NCBI RefSeq assembly: GCF_018350175.1
Contig: NC_058369.1
Span: 24,368,001 to 24,432,000 of the forward strand
Length of the DNA stretch: 64,000 nt
DNA from: Felis catus
Lineage: Eukaryota
Direction of reading: 5' to 3'
Below the pieces are notes generated by a model. It saw only the letters and a program-made list of their open reading frames with translations. It ran no database searches and was not told where the DNA came from. Below are positions 39,701 through 52,542 of this stretch, piece by piece. Made by a program: the position numbers and the translations under genes. The first letter of the stretch is position 1. Every line of letters starts with the position of its first letter.

Positions 39701-39789
39701 ACTCTTGAGGGACAAAACCAATTGAAGAAGCTGACAGGAAAGTAACACTATAATCTCAAACACCTACTCACATCAGTCTTAAGATATGC

Positions 39790-41170
39790 CAGATTTATAT
39801 ATTCAAATAGTAACTTGATGCAGGGCATATAGGAAATACAGCAGTGAGCCAAGCAGATAGATTCCCCAGCCCTTATGAGTTTTTAATTTCAAATTCCAAC
39901 AAGAGAGAGGCATAATAATTTTAAAAGGAGACCAAACCAGTTTGTAAGTGCTTTAAAGGAAAATAAGTCAGAAAGATGGAACAGGACACACTATGTGAGG
40001 GGATCAATTGTAATTTTAAATAGGTGATCAGAAAAGCTTCATGCAAAGGTGACATTTGAGCAAAAATCTATAAGACGTGGGAGAACCAGTCGTACAGATG
40101 TTCCACGCAGAGAGAATAGCAAACATTTAAGTACCTGGCTAGCGCTGGATAAGGGATGGGAAAGTAGTAGGTCAGAGATATGCAGGGGTGCAGGATGATG
40201 AGAAGGTGAGTTCTACATCTGGAGTCATTGTCTGGACACTGGTTTTACTCTGAGAAAAATGGGAAGCCACTGGAAGGTTCTGAGCAAAGACAAACCACAA
40301 TATAAAGTACATCCTTAAATTACTCTGCCTGCTGGACTGCAGTATAATTTGGGGTTGAGGAAGGAGGTAAGGGAAGAACCATAAGGACTAGTAATAAGCA
40401 ACGGGAAAACCCTAGCAAAGGATGATAGAGCCTGGGACCAGGGTGACAGAATGGAGGCAAAGAGAAAGAACTGAGTTTAGACATGTTTTGAAGGTGAAGT
40501 TGACTTGACTTCCTGATAGATTGCCTGGAGACTCCAGAAAGAGAAAAGTACAGGATGGCTTCATGACTTGTATTCTGGACAACAGGAAGAATGCAGCTGG
40601 AATACCAAGATAGGGAAGATTGGAGAGGAGAAGTGGGAGTTATGGGAACCAAGAGTTTAGTTTTGCATGTGTTACATTTGTGACACTATAAGACATTCAA
40701 GTGGAGAACTCAGTGGGCGGATGGACATATGAGCTGGATTTGAGGGGAGAAGAGCTACAAATAAAAAATTAGGATCATCCAGTAGATAGTACCTAAAGCT
40801 GGGAGCCTAGATGAGATCAACTGGGGACTGTGCATAGAAAGAAGAGGAGGGGAAAGAAGACTGAGCCCAGGGGTGACCCAAATTAAGGGGTCTGAGAAGT
40901 GAGGAGGAAGCAGCATATGAAATTGAGAAGGAATCCCAATGAGGTATGAAGAGAACCAGTAGTATACCATCCCAGAAATCAAGTGAAGAAAGGAGTCCAT
41001 GATGCAAAATTGATATTCTTATCACTGCTGCTGAGAAGTCAATGGGAGGAGGCCAGAAGATGGACCACAGGACTTAGCAGCACTCAGGTCATTAGTAACA
41101 GTGACTGGAGCAGTTTTGGTGGACAGTGTGAGTCAAGTTTGACTGGAATGTGCTGTGGGAGAATAGAAGG
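39790..41170 (-). mobile_element. L2 LINE fragment (~1.4 kb)
   Basis: Purine-rich antisense L2 text (aaggtgacatttgagcaaa, gggaagccactggaagg, gagtttagttttgcatgtgtt, agacattcaagtggaga, gatgagatcaactgggga). Confidence 0.8.
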
Positions 41171-41244
41171 AGGAAAGAGTCTCAGGCTACTATATTTGCA
41201 AAGGGTACTATTTAACTCATTTCTTTCATCAAAACTTTGATTTA

Positions 41245-41700
41245 GGTGTATATACCCATGTTCACAGAAGCATTATTACAACAGCCAAAATGTGGAAGCA
41301 TCCATCAACAGATGGATGGATAAACACAATGTGGTACATAATTACAATGGGATATTACTTAGCCTTAAAAAAGGACAAGATTCTAACACATACTACAGTA
41401 TGGATGAACCTTAAGGGTATTACATTTAGTGAAACACAGCAGTCACAAAAAGACAAATACTGAATGATCTCACTTACATGAGGTATCCAGAGTAGCCAAA
41501 CTTACAGAAACAGAAAGCAGAATGCTGACTGCCAGGGACTGAAGGTAGGGAAATAATGGAGCTGTTGTTTAATGGGTACAGAGCAAGAGATTGCTTGCAC
41601 AATGATGTGAACATACTTAATACTACTGAACTGTATGCTTAAAAGTGGTTAAGATGGTAACGTTTATGTTCTGTGTATTTAACCACAATTTAAAATTTTT
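41245..41700 (+). mobile_element. L1MA/L1MB-type 3' end
   Basis: acccatgttcacagaagcattattacaacagccaaaatgtggaagc...aaaagtggttaagatggtaacgtttatgttctgtgtatttaaccacaattt. Confidence 0.75.
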
Positions 41701-42171
41701 TCAAACCATAAACATAACAGAACTTGTTGGAGTCCCACAGCCCTCCCTATCTCCATTCTTCTGGAGAGAAACCATTATCTAAAAGTTGGTATATTTCTCA
41801 TGCATGTTTTTGTGCTTTTAGAAAATATGTATGTCCTTGTAAATAGTATAAATTTAACAACAGAGTGCATTCTTTTTTAATTTACATAAATACCAGCTGT
41901 CCACCTTGCACAAAGCTTTTGCATTTTGGTTTTTACCTCAACAATACTTATGTTTTCAAAATTTATCTGTGTAAATAAGTGTTTCCCACTCTTTTTATTC
42001 ACTACAAACAATGTTGCAATAAACAGTACATGAAACACAATACATGAAAAAAAAACAAATCTCTTTTAGGTATCTTTACATTTTTAACTGCATAACAGTT
42101 CTTTTCTTTCTGAAACATTCAGTTTCTTCTGCTTGGAATAATCCTCTACCCTTTTTGTTCTCTTTTTGTGT

Positions 42172-42400
42172 ACAGGGATCAGCAAACCACAGCCCACAGG
42201 CCAAATCCAGCCCACCATCTGTTTTGGTAAATAAAGTTTTATTGAAACACTGTTATTTCCATTAATTTACATATTGTCTATGATCTTCATGCTACAGTGA
42301 CAGAGTTCAGTAGTTATAGCTGAGACCATATGACTTTGCAAAGCTGGAAATATTTACTATCTGGCCTTTTACATAAAAAAAAAAATATCTGTCAATCCTG
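42172..42400. mobile_element. hAT-Charlie MER58-like DNA transposon
   Basis: cagggatcagcaaac...ggccaaatccagccc...aataaagttttattgaaacac...aaatatttactatctggccttta...tcaatcctg, with degenerate terminal inverted repeats. Confidence 0.8.
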
Positions 42401-42459
42401 GTCCAGGACATTTTCAACACTCATCCTAGCCATCTCAGAAAAAAAAAAAAATTCCTCAT

Positions 42460-43207
42460 ATGGGTAGTTTCAAATGTCTACAAATTCTTTGACATTCCCT
42501 TTATAGGGTGGAGCCTAAATATCTTCCCCTTGACTCTGGACTGAGCTAAGTAACTCAGTCTAACAAACAGAATATAGTAGAAGTGACATTTGTGACTTTT
42601 GAGGCTTGGTCATAAAAGACAAGGCTTCCGGGGCGCCTGGGTGGCGCAGTCGGTTAAGCGTCCGACTTCAGCCAGGTCACGATCTCACAGTCCGTGAGTT
42701 CAAGCCCCAAATCAGGCTCTGGGCTGATGGCTCAGAGCCTGGAGCCTGTTTCCAATTCTGTATCTCCCTCTCTCTCTGCCCCTCCCCCGTTCATGCTCTG
42801 TCTCTCTCTGTCCCACAAATAAATAAACATTGAAAAAAAAAAAAAAAAAGACAAGGCTTCCTTCTTGCTCACAATCTTGGATCACCTGCTCTGGGAGAAT
42901 CCAGCTGCCACATCATGAAAATACCTCAAGCTACCCTATGGAGAGGCCCATGCACTATGAAACTGAGGCCTCCTGCCGACAGCCATGTGAATCAGCCTTA
43001 GCAGAAGTGGATCATCCAGCCCCAGTGAAGCCTTCAGATGCCTGAGCCCTGCCCAACAGCTTGACTGCAACCTCATGAGAAGCTCTGGGCCAGAACCATC
43101 CAGCTAAGCAACTCCCATATTCCTGATCCACAGAATCTGTGAGATAATAAGTGTTCATTGTTTCACACACTGAGTATTTGTCACAAAGCCATCGATTACA
43201 AATACAT
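42460..43207 (+). mobile_element. MaLR LTR (MLT1F-like) split by a SINE
   Basis: caaattctttgacattccc...gtgacttttgaggcttggtcataaaa [SINE] ...ggagaggcccatg...cccagtgaagccttcagatg...cacagaatctgtgagataataa. Confidence 0.78.
42630..42848 (+). mobile_element. Young felid CAN-SINE inside an MLT1 LTR
   Basis: Perfect TSD aaaagacaaggcttcc (~42614-42629 and ~42846-42861). Confidence 0.94.
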
Positions 43208-43549
43208 CACAGAAAGGCCATTAGTTGACCCTTCAGACTAGTCCACATCCTGCATCCTCAGATACACGCTCATAGCATTGTGTACCTTTCCTTTATATCA
43301 CTGAAAATGGCTGTGATTTGACACTAACTTATAAAATTAGTGGATTCATGTCTGTGTTCACCATTGGGTGGTAAACTCCATAAGCACAGGGACTTTGTAT
43401 GTCTGTTATATTCCCAGTAACTAACATAGTGCCTGCAAAGAGTAAGTGCTCAATAAATACTGACTGACTGAAAGAGTACAAATGACATTGCACTTATACG
43501 CCTAGAAGTTCTATAATACCTTTGGACCAAAAGGAATCTGATGTGAAGG

Positions 43550-43805
43550 ATGGTAATAGCTAATAGTTACTTATACATTACTATGTGCTAAGCACCCTTC
43601 TAAACACTTTACAAATATTAACTTGTTTAATCATCATAATAACCTCCATAGGCAGATACAGTTATTATCATCATGTTTCACTCAAAGACATGGAATCATA
43701 AAGGAGTCAGTAACCTGCACAATCTACTGAATTGCACTCCTGGAACTTGTCCTGAGAAGTCTGGGTCCAGGGCCTCTGCTCCTAACCACTGTGCTATACT
43801 GCCCA
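43550..43805 (-). mobile_element. MIR SINE (representative; similar MIR remnants at ~7520, 9040, 18350, 20450, 22400, 27850, 44620, 45700, 50150, 51300-51980, 60060-60420, 61560, 63640)
   Basis: atagctaatagttac...tactatgtgctaagcacccttctaaacactttaca...tttaatcatcataataacc...ctcctaaccactgtgctatactgcc; other copies show the core cccattttacagatg/gaaactgaggc. Confidence 0.75.
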
Positions 43806-44367
43806 TGTTTCACCACATGGTTTTGATTTGATATTTGAAGCTGACACCTGTATCTCCATTGGCTTCTTTCATTATAGTCATCTCCCTATTTCTCCTTCAA
43901 TTCCATCTTCCATTTTTCACTCCTTTCTTGAGGACTTGAAAATTTAAAGAAATTCATCTCAATAGCAGTTGTATGGTACTGATATCCCATATTAGATATT
44001 AAAACGTAAATAATAAGCATGGTTAGGCATGCAGAAATAGAGGAAAAAAATAATTACTTTCAAATATTAACATCCTTCTCAATTTTTGATAAATCAAGCA
44101 TTTAAAAAATAACCTAAAATATTTAAATGATATAATGATATAATTAGTAAGATTAAACTGAGAGACAATTACAGTGAACTTTGGATCCTACAGACCTCTA
44201 TTTCAAGATTCCATGGAATATTTAAACAGACTGAGCATGTATCAGACCACCAAAAAAAACTTTAATCAGATTCCAAAGGCAGAAGTGATACAGGCCACAT
44301 TCTTTGTCCATACACAATAAAACAAATTAATACCAAAAGTTAAAAATGAAACCTCACTATTCAAATG

Positions 44368-44562
44368 CTTGTTTTATTTATTATTTTGAGAGACAGAGTA
44401 TGTGTTTGCAGGGGAGGAGCAGAGAGACAGGGAGAGAATCCCAAGCAGGCTCCATACTGTCAGTGAGAAGTCCAACACAGGGCTCAATCCCACCAACAGT
44501 GAGATCATGACCTGAACCGAAACAGAGCTGGACGCTTAACTAACTGAGCCACCCGGGTGCCT
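44368..44562 (-). mobile_element. CAN-SINE
   Basis: Consensus match; flanking repeat aaacct(c/t)actat. Confidence 0.88.
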
Positions 44563-46227
44563 CAAAACCTTACTATCTGGAAGGTAAAGCTCAGAAAAAG
44601 TCTTAAAATTCACCCTATACAGTAAAACAGACCTAGTCGTCTCTACCTAGCAGGTGTGTGATGATGGGTAAGTTCCTGAATTTTCTATACTCAGGATGGT
44701 GAAATTGAAGTGAGATAAGCATGTGAAGTATTCACCTGGGCTGGCAAACAGGACGTTAGCAGTAACTGAAACTTATCCTTATTATTGTTGTTGCTCCTGA
44801 ATGATTATTAGTATTCCTGAAAGTACATCAGACAATGCAGCCTGACAGAATGCATTCCCTACCCACTTGTTCTGCAGTCTGACACTGGCTACTATTAGAG
44901 CACTGCCACTAGCTAGGTCTGCCTGAATAATTCAATTCAAGAAATACTTGCTGAAGGCCCACTATGTGCCCAGGAAACACACAGAGAATCCCTGCCTTCG
45001 TGAAACTTGCATTCTAGTGCAGGCAATCTCAATGGAAGTGAAACCATGCCGACAGGGCTCAAGGTACAGTGAGTGGCCCAGTGTTAGAGTGGAGGAAGTG
45101 ATGAATACAGTGGTAGGAGATGAGACCCAAGGGGTAAGGGCTGGGGAGGAGACAGACTGTGTAAGGCCATGTAGGCCCTCATTAAAATCCTGGTCTTAAA
45201 CAGAAGCCTTCAGATCCTAGAGAGATGGGAAAACAGTTTCCATGGAAATACACAAATGTAATATAAACTTATTGTTAGATTTTTTCAGTCTTCACAAAAA
45301 ATAAACATTTGGGAATCTAAGATCATACACCATGAATCCGTACACACATACATTTCCCTTAGTCTGTTTTAATATATAACCTATTCCTTTTCCTAAACTT
45401 GCAGTAAAGACTCTTTGGCAGATTTATCATGGTCCTTTCGAGGTTATGATCCTGGGAACCATAGAAATTAATAGAATAAGATGCCAGGATCCAAATATTT
45501 GGCCAATGGCATTAGCAATGTCCTAAGAATAACAATAAAGTTTAGTTATTTAATTCAATAGCTACTGAGAATCTAATACATGCTAGACAATGCATAGATA
45601 ACAAAGATAAATGAAATATCATACCAGGTCTCAAGGAACTTGATTTTCTGGTGGTAGAGGGAGTGCATAGCTAGAATACAAGACTGAAATAATAACAGCA
45701 GCCACCAATTACAGAATGTTTACCATATGCCAAGCCCCATACTTCCCATCTAGCTCCTGACTGGATCTGCATAGCATCCTTATAGGTAGGAGTTACCACC
45801 CCCTTGGGAACGCTGCAAACACTCAGACTCAGAGAGGTAAGTAGTATTCCTAAGATTACAGTGCTAGTAAGACTTGAGAGTGTAACCACCCTGTCTGACA
45901 CCTAAACTCACACCCTTAATTACCAATATAACACTTGGTTTATACTGCTATTTGTGGTTGCTTCCTGCTCTACAGACATCTAAGATTTTAACAGGTATGC
46001 AAATCTGACTTGTGGTCTGTTTCTCAGTTCCCTGGAAGGACTCCACCAGTTCTGAACAATATGTTATGGGGGAGAATGCGAGGCAAGCATCCAGGCCTGT
46101 TGAGGGAAGGACTGCGGAAAGCTTCACTGAGGAGTACATGTGGGTGGTCCAAAGTCTTTCTTTCTAAGCACTCATTATTTTGTCCACTATGTCTTATACA
46201 GTACAATGTTACGTGCTGTCAGCAGCA

Positions 46228-46349
46228 TCCTGCTCATTCACCCCAGCCTACACATCTGATCTCATCTGCTCTGGGAAGCTAAGCAAGCTTGGGCCTGGTC
46301 AGTACTTGGATAGAAGAGCACCTGAGAAAATTGGATGCTATAGGCTTTT
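46228..46349 (+). pseudogene. Degenerate 5S rRNA pseudogene
   Basis: tgatctcatctgctctgggaagctaagcaagcttgggcctggtcagtacttggatagaagagcacctgagaaaattggatgctataggctttt aligns by eye to 5S rRNA through its 3' GGCTTT. CpGs are decayed, the A and C boxes are mutated, and the 5' boundary is approximate. Confidence 0.85.
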
Positions 46350-47412
46350 AGTGTGGAGCCAAGAACCACAAGGATTATTCACGGGTCTTGAAACCTAATG
46401 GAGTTTTCCCAGCTGGATTTTGAAACTGCATTGGTCTAGTGACTCCATTTTACTTTCCATTTCTCCCATCTGAACTGGAATGTCTATAACTGTTACCTCT
46501 GCCTGTCCCATCATTGTCTGTTAGGAGCAGATAAACTGTTTCTTTAGTGTCACAGGTCCACTGATGGCAAGGAATTGTGCCTCAGGAGTTGGATTTAACA
46601 GATTACACCCAGAGCCTCATCCATACACAATGTAGATAATTCAGATGATTGACTTTTGAACTGATAAGATTCAGATGATATGGGGCTTTGGGATAAGAGC
46701 TTTGTAGACCTTGGGTTGGGAGAATGCATTTTTTATTTGGGAAGGATGTGCATCTCTGGGGGACAGGTGGTAGAGTGGAGCCAGCAGAATAATGCCCCAT
46801 ACCAAAGATATCTACTCCTATTTTCTGTGAATATATATTTCTGTGAATATGTTACACTGCATGGAAAAAGGGACTTTGCAGATACAATTAGGGTTATAGA
46901 TGTTAAAATAGGAAAGTTATCCTGGATAATTTGGGTGGGTACAATTTAATCACTTGAGCCCTTTCAAAGCTCAGAAGTTCCTATGACTGGAGGCAGAAGA
47001 GAGATGCAGCAGATGGGGAAGTCAGAGAGACCCTAAGTACGAGAAGAATTCAATATGCCACTGTCGGTTCTGAGACATAGGGGACATGCGCAATGACCAG
47101 AGGAGGTCTCTAGGGAATAAAGATGGTCCTCCATTGATAGTCAACAAGGAAATAGGGACTTCAATCTTACAAATACAAGGCACTAAATTTGGCCAACAAC
47201 CTGAATGAGCTTGGAAGCAGATTGATCTCAAAAGCCTCTAGAAAGGAGCTAAGTCCTAACAACAGCTTGGTTTTGGCCTCATGAGACTCAAAGCAAAGGA
47301 TCCAACTGAGCCATGCTGTACCAGGACTGCTGATCTGTGAGTTAATAAATTTGCATTGTTTTAAGCTGTTAAATGTGGACTAGTTTGCTATGGCAGCAAT
47401 AGAAATCTAACA
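46350..47412 (+). mobile_element. MaLR: 3' end of MLT1 internal region (~46350-46775) plus LTR (MLT1D/E-like, ~46776-47412)
   Basis: Internal-region text (ttgaaacctaatggagtttt...cctgtcccatcattg), a purine-rich tract, then cagaataatgcccc...ctgtgaatatgttacactgcatggaaaaagggactttgcagat...aataaatttgcattgttttaagc...gcagcaatagaaa. Confidence 0.8.
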
Positions 47413-47684
47413 TAAGGTAGTTAATCTTTCACTAACCTTTTGACTCCCCTGTTAGACAGCTCTCCCCACACTGAGGTATCATATATGCCCCTGAAGCTTA
47501 TATATACAGACATCCATTCTATTCATCCAAGAACTAAAGAACAAATCACAGTCCCCTGCATGATGACAGCTTCCTGGTCCAAAATCCTTCTTACTAAAGA
47601 GTCCTATTCTATCTGCTCTTTCTTACAAAGCATGGCATCAGGTGCTCTGAGCAGTACCCAGGCCACTTACCTTAGTCTACTTGT

Positions 47685-48070
47685 ATGTCTTAGGTCATAT
47701 TCCTGAGAGGCAGAACCTGAGACAGGGACTTTTATGCAAGTAATTTATTAAGGGAGAGCTCACAGGGGAACCCATATGAGAAGAAAATAAATCATACAGA
47801 GAAGAAAAGGAAGTTAAGCAAGGGTGTTGTTGTATAGAAAATTTAGCCTGAGCCTGAGCCTGAGCCTGCTGGGAGCTCTAGGGACTAAATTGTGCTGTAG
47901 GATCTGTCTCACTGGAGACAAGGAGGCTGGCCCTCATAACCCTGCTCTAGGAAGTCACTGCCTGTGGGCTGCCTGGGCACTTCTGAGCAGGAGGAAGTTT
48001 GGCAACTCTAGTCACCCAAAGGCACACCTCCCAATAAAGATCACAAGTGTGAGTTGTTGGCCACAGCACC
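47685..48070 (-). mobile_element. Old ERVL-type LTR (LTR16/LTR33-like)
   Basis: ggcagaacctgagacagggacttttatgcaagtaatttattaaggga resembles the reverse 3' end of ERVL LTRs. Confidence 0.55.
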
Positions 48071-48539
48071 CGTATCTATCCATAGAAAGATGGATACACC
48101 TGCCCAGTTGCCCACAGGGGCCACCCAACCATCGTTCCACGTTCCTGGATCTTTACACATTTTTCCTCATGTCCCTTTCTCTGTCGAGTACTTGGAAAAG
48201 GCATGGGAGAGAGAGGCTGGTTGCTTCACACCTCCAGCTAGAGGGCCCATTTTAGAGATGCCAGCAGGGGGTGGCATATGAATCAACAGTGTGTTCCCTG
48301 CACACCCCCACGGTCCAGATGGCTACACATCACAGGAGCAGAGGGCGGCTCCTACGCAGACAACTTCCCTGGCTGAAGACACATGCCACACTTTAGCCCA
48401 TGAAGGAACACGCTGTGGTAGTCATGGTGACATTTTCACCAAAAAAAAAAGGGGGGGGGGGGCTTGGTCTTCCTTTTGCTGCAAATTTTCATTTCAAAGA
48501 CCCATCTGTAGTAAAACCTTATAGTGTAAAATACAGAGG

Positions 48540-49410
48540 GTTCATAGAATTGGAAAGCCCCAAAGGAACTAGCTGGCATAGCTTCTCACTCACAACGTGA
48601 ATTCCTTCCTTTCCCTGATGTGGGTCACTGAGCTGAAGTTTGGACAATTTCAGATCTAGGCAGTCAGATCCAAAAAGCAATTCTGACAGTTGAGAAGTTC
48701 TCTCCTTGAGAGCTTGTTTGGAGGTTCTAGCAGGGGAGCGCAGCTACTCGTATACCCTTGACCGAAGAACGGTCCTCCTCTATCAGGGAAGGTCGTCCTC
48801 TTCGACCGAGCGCGCAGCTAGAGAAGTTCTCTCCTTCCATATGCTAAGTCAAAATCTGCTCCTTCTAACTCTCCTCCATTTGGTCCGGTTCTTCACTACA
48901 CAGAATTTAATAATAACACTCACGCTGGCCATCCACAGAGGCTTTGCCATGTCCCAAACATTGTGCTAAGTATTTAACATGAAATATCTGATCTAACCCC
49001 CCACACTTGGGAGGCAAGCACTAATCTTATCCCCATTTATCAGGAGAAGGCCTAAGCCTCAGAGTAGATAATGAAGCAGCCCAAGACCACACCACTAAGA
49101 AGCAAAGCTGAGATTTGGATCCTTAGTTGTCATTCTCCAAAAGGTCAGCCAAACTTTTGATTTGCAGCCTCCAGAGAACAAATCCACCTCTTTTTCATAA
49201 GATGGCACTCCAAGTATTAGAAGCCTCTTTCTCCTACAGACTTTTCTTTCTACCTGAAATATGTCCAGGTCCTTGAATCATTCTCAGTAGAACATAAGAG
49301 CCAAAATAAGAACCATCTTGGTGACCCTTCTCTGAAAAAGTTCCAGGTTCCAATCTCTTTTCTAAAATGTGGTGCCAAGAATTGGCCATTCTACATGCAG
49401 TCTGACAATT
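48540..49410 (-). mobile_element. Ancient L3/CR1 LINE 3' fragment, interrupted by the 7SK insert and a MIR (~48905-49140)
   Basis: 49312-49410 translates with frameshifts as VRLHVE..QFLAPHFRKEI..LELFQRRVTKMV, versus the CR1 motif VRPHLEYCVQFWAPHFKKD..KLERVQRRATKMV. L3-like text (aagttc..cc...aaatctgctccttctaact..ccatttggtcc) surrounds the 7SK insert. Confidence 0.65.
48704..48820 (-). pseudogene. 7SK snRNA retro-pseudogene: internal ~115 nt fragment, no poly(A), 16-bp TSD
   Basis: Minus strand agctgcgcgctcggtcgaagaggacgacc...cttcggtcaagggtatacgagtagctgcgctcccctgctagaacctccaaacaagctctcaagg matches the recalled middle of 7SK RNA. It is flanked by the exact repeat gagaagttctctcctt at 48692-48707 and 48821-48836. 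Confidence 0.93.
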
Positions 49411-52400
49411 ACGTCCATCCTTACACATCTTAGTAAACAGCTAAAAAGTGGGGCAGCCATTTTGGCAGCTATAAGCTAACACTCTCCTGCATCAAATGAA
49501 GATGCTCCTGAACCAGAAATGGTGTGACCATAAATGTGTGGGACAAAGAAGAGGTCTCACATGAATGATCTGGGACCAGTCCCCCAGAGAACTGCCTTAT
49601 ACATAGGTGGTCCTTGCAAACATCTGGCTTTTAGGCAACATAGATGGAGCCTTTTACACCATCACCCATTCACTGAATTGGAGGTTTAAGGTTTCAAATG
49701 GTAAACAAAACCTGTTGGTGCTGTTTGCAAGCCAACCCTAAACCTGCTTAAAATCCTTACCATCTAATCTTTGCAGCAGATTGTGTGCAACTCTGGAATG
49801 TTCTTATGAATTTTACCTTATTGTTTTACTAAAATTAATGGAAAACTGAAGCAAAAGGACTGACATAAGTGACAACAAGCACAAGTCAAAGGACTAAGAC
49901 AGGTAGCACCACACATTTCACAGCTCAAAATGGCTCATCTTTACCATGAATTGACACTTTAGCCAGGCAACTCCCTTTTGAGTATGAGGCTGAGTAATAA
50001 AACTATTAATGCTGTCAGAAAGAGATCCCTAAAGATTGTGCCTAAAAAAATGAAAAATCAGATTTGAAAATTCTTTTTAAATCTCTGGGATCCGTGGTCC
50101 CTTCCTCCTGTAAAACATGTAGTGCAATCTCATTTGCAAGTAGCTTCTGGCTTTACTACATACCAGCTGTAAAACCTTGGACAAGGTGCTAGATCTCTCT
50201 GTGACTCATGGTCCCATCTGTAAATGGGGACAATAGCTGCACCCACCCCATTTGTTATCAGGATATGAAATGAGTTAAAAGGTATAAAGCCAGTATGCAA
50301 TGGTGCCTAGAGAGTACCTGGAACATAGTTCAATTACTGTTGGCTATTTAATATTTATTTAATAGTGTGAGTCAAGTTAAAAGCTACTATCTTCCTGACT
50401 ATCTGGAGTTCAGAGGGCATTAAGACAAGCCAATGCAGGAAGGGCAGTGAGATGGGAAAGGGTCATGCACCCTAGGAGGAGGCAGGAATAGTCACAAAAA
50501 GAAGATGCCCCTAGGATAGCAAATGGTCCCATTGTAAAAGTGTAATACAAGAGAGGTAGTCTAGGCAGAAGGGCAATGATGAGTCACATGTGGAGTTCAG
50601 ACATAGACAGAGCTGGTCAATGGGAGGCCTTGGCAGAGACCTCATAGGGCAAGCTGGCAGCAGGGGGAAGCCCTGACAAGCTCTAGTCCTCAGGAGGTCC
50701 AGGGGAAAAAAAAAAAAAACAGGTCTCAGTCTAGAAGCAGGAGGAATGGGATCCCAAGCCAGGTACTAAATATTCAGGAGCTACATTACAAACTATCTAC
50801 GAGAAGGCTCTGAATCCCCGTCTAGCCCCCCCGTGCCCAGGGCACCCTCCAGCACATGACTAAAACAAGAGCATCTACCATCCATTGCCAAGTGTTTTCT
50901 CTGTGCCTGAGCCAGCTTAGGTCCTCTTCACAGCCTCTCTCATACAACCCTCCCAATAGCTCCCCAAGAGAGCCCAGCATGGTGAAATGAATAGCCTAAG
51001 TGGTCAGATGAGGAAGGGATGATGGACAGACAGCTGGCAACATGGTCTCAAAACGAACGCAAAAGGCATTTCTTAGAAAAAAAGCATCATATCGCCCACC
51101 AATCTTATCCTCCACCATATCTCACATTCCTCCATCCACACCCCCCCCCAACACAGTCCCCAGATTGCCCCTACTATTCTATTCCCTTCATTCACTGCAA
51201 TATCTCAAAAGCCCAGTTCAAATCCCATCTACTGGAAAAGGCTACACACGCACACCCTTATTAATTCTTCCCTCTCACCCTCCACTTTGCTTTCATTTCC
51301 TGTAGAATGCTGACAATAGTAGCCAACATTTTGGAGTAGTCTCAGATACTGTGCTAAATCTGTCCATGTTCTATGTCCTCCAATCTTCACAAGTATTTCC
51401 ATTTTGCAGGTCAGAAAACTGAGGAGCCAAGTAGCGTAAGAGAACACAGTTGTGATTCAATCCCTAGCCTGTGCTCTTAGTCATTAGGACCCAGTTCTTT
51501 TCAATATTCTTCATGCATATACATGTGTATGTCTTCCATGGAGCGGCATGGAGGGTAGAATAGAATGTGGCATCCCAGTCCCTAACATAACTTCACAGTG
51601 TGCACCCACTGCTGCCACTCACTACCGTCTGCTAAATTTAGTTGACTTACGTAAATTCTATCTACATTTAAAATGAGGCTAATATTTGTAACAGGGCCTG
51701 GCACATGGTAAGATGAAATAATATGCATAAACAAACAAAAAAGTGACTCCGTGAGAGATACTATACATAATCACACTTATATTCTCAATGTTGTTCCAGG
51801 ATAGATTTAAGGCAACATTTAATCCTTATACTAATGATCTGAGGGGTGCATTTTTATCCCCATTTAACAACTAAAAAACTCAGGATCAGAGAATTTGTGA
51901 CTTTACTCAAGTCACACGGCTGGTAAGCAGCTGAGACCATTTGAATCCAGGCCTCCCTGAATACAGACATCATGCTTTTCTGTTAGATGGGGATCAGGCT
52001 TGGGACAGGAGTGGGAATCACTTCAAGGCGCACATGATACTGCATTACCTCAATCAGATGAATTTCCTTCAATGAAAGGGACAATGGGGTCTTAACTTGG
52101 GATGGAGCTGAGCCCGAAGAAGGTGACCTACAGGCCTCAGAAATGGTTCACTGGGGAGTTGGGAGAGCTTTAGAAACTGAGATACAGGCAGACCCTAAAC
52201 CTAGACTCCAAGAAATACACTCATTTGATACTGGATGTCAGATAGTTTCCCATAGTTCTCCTCACTAATCTGTACAGCCAACGCCAGCAGCTAACTCCCA
52301 ACAGAAGGGGCCCAAGCAGCAGGGACATCCATTGAGCAGCCTCTGCCCATAAAACTATCTCATTTTGATTCATATTTGTGTATATTATTTAATTACTTTA

Positions 52401-52542
52401 AAAACTGGTATATAATTTACAAAACTAATACATGATAGTTGGCAGCCTATATTAATAATGTTAGGGAAGAAAATTTACTAATATAGGAAAATGTTCACAA
52501 TAAATTAAATGAAAGAGTTGTTTACAAAACAGTACATACATT

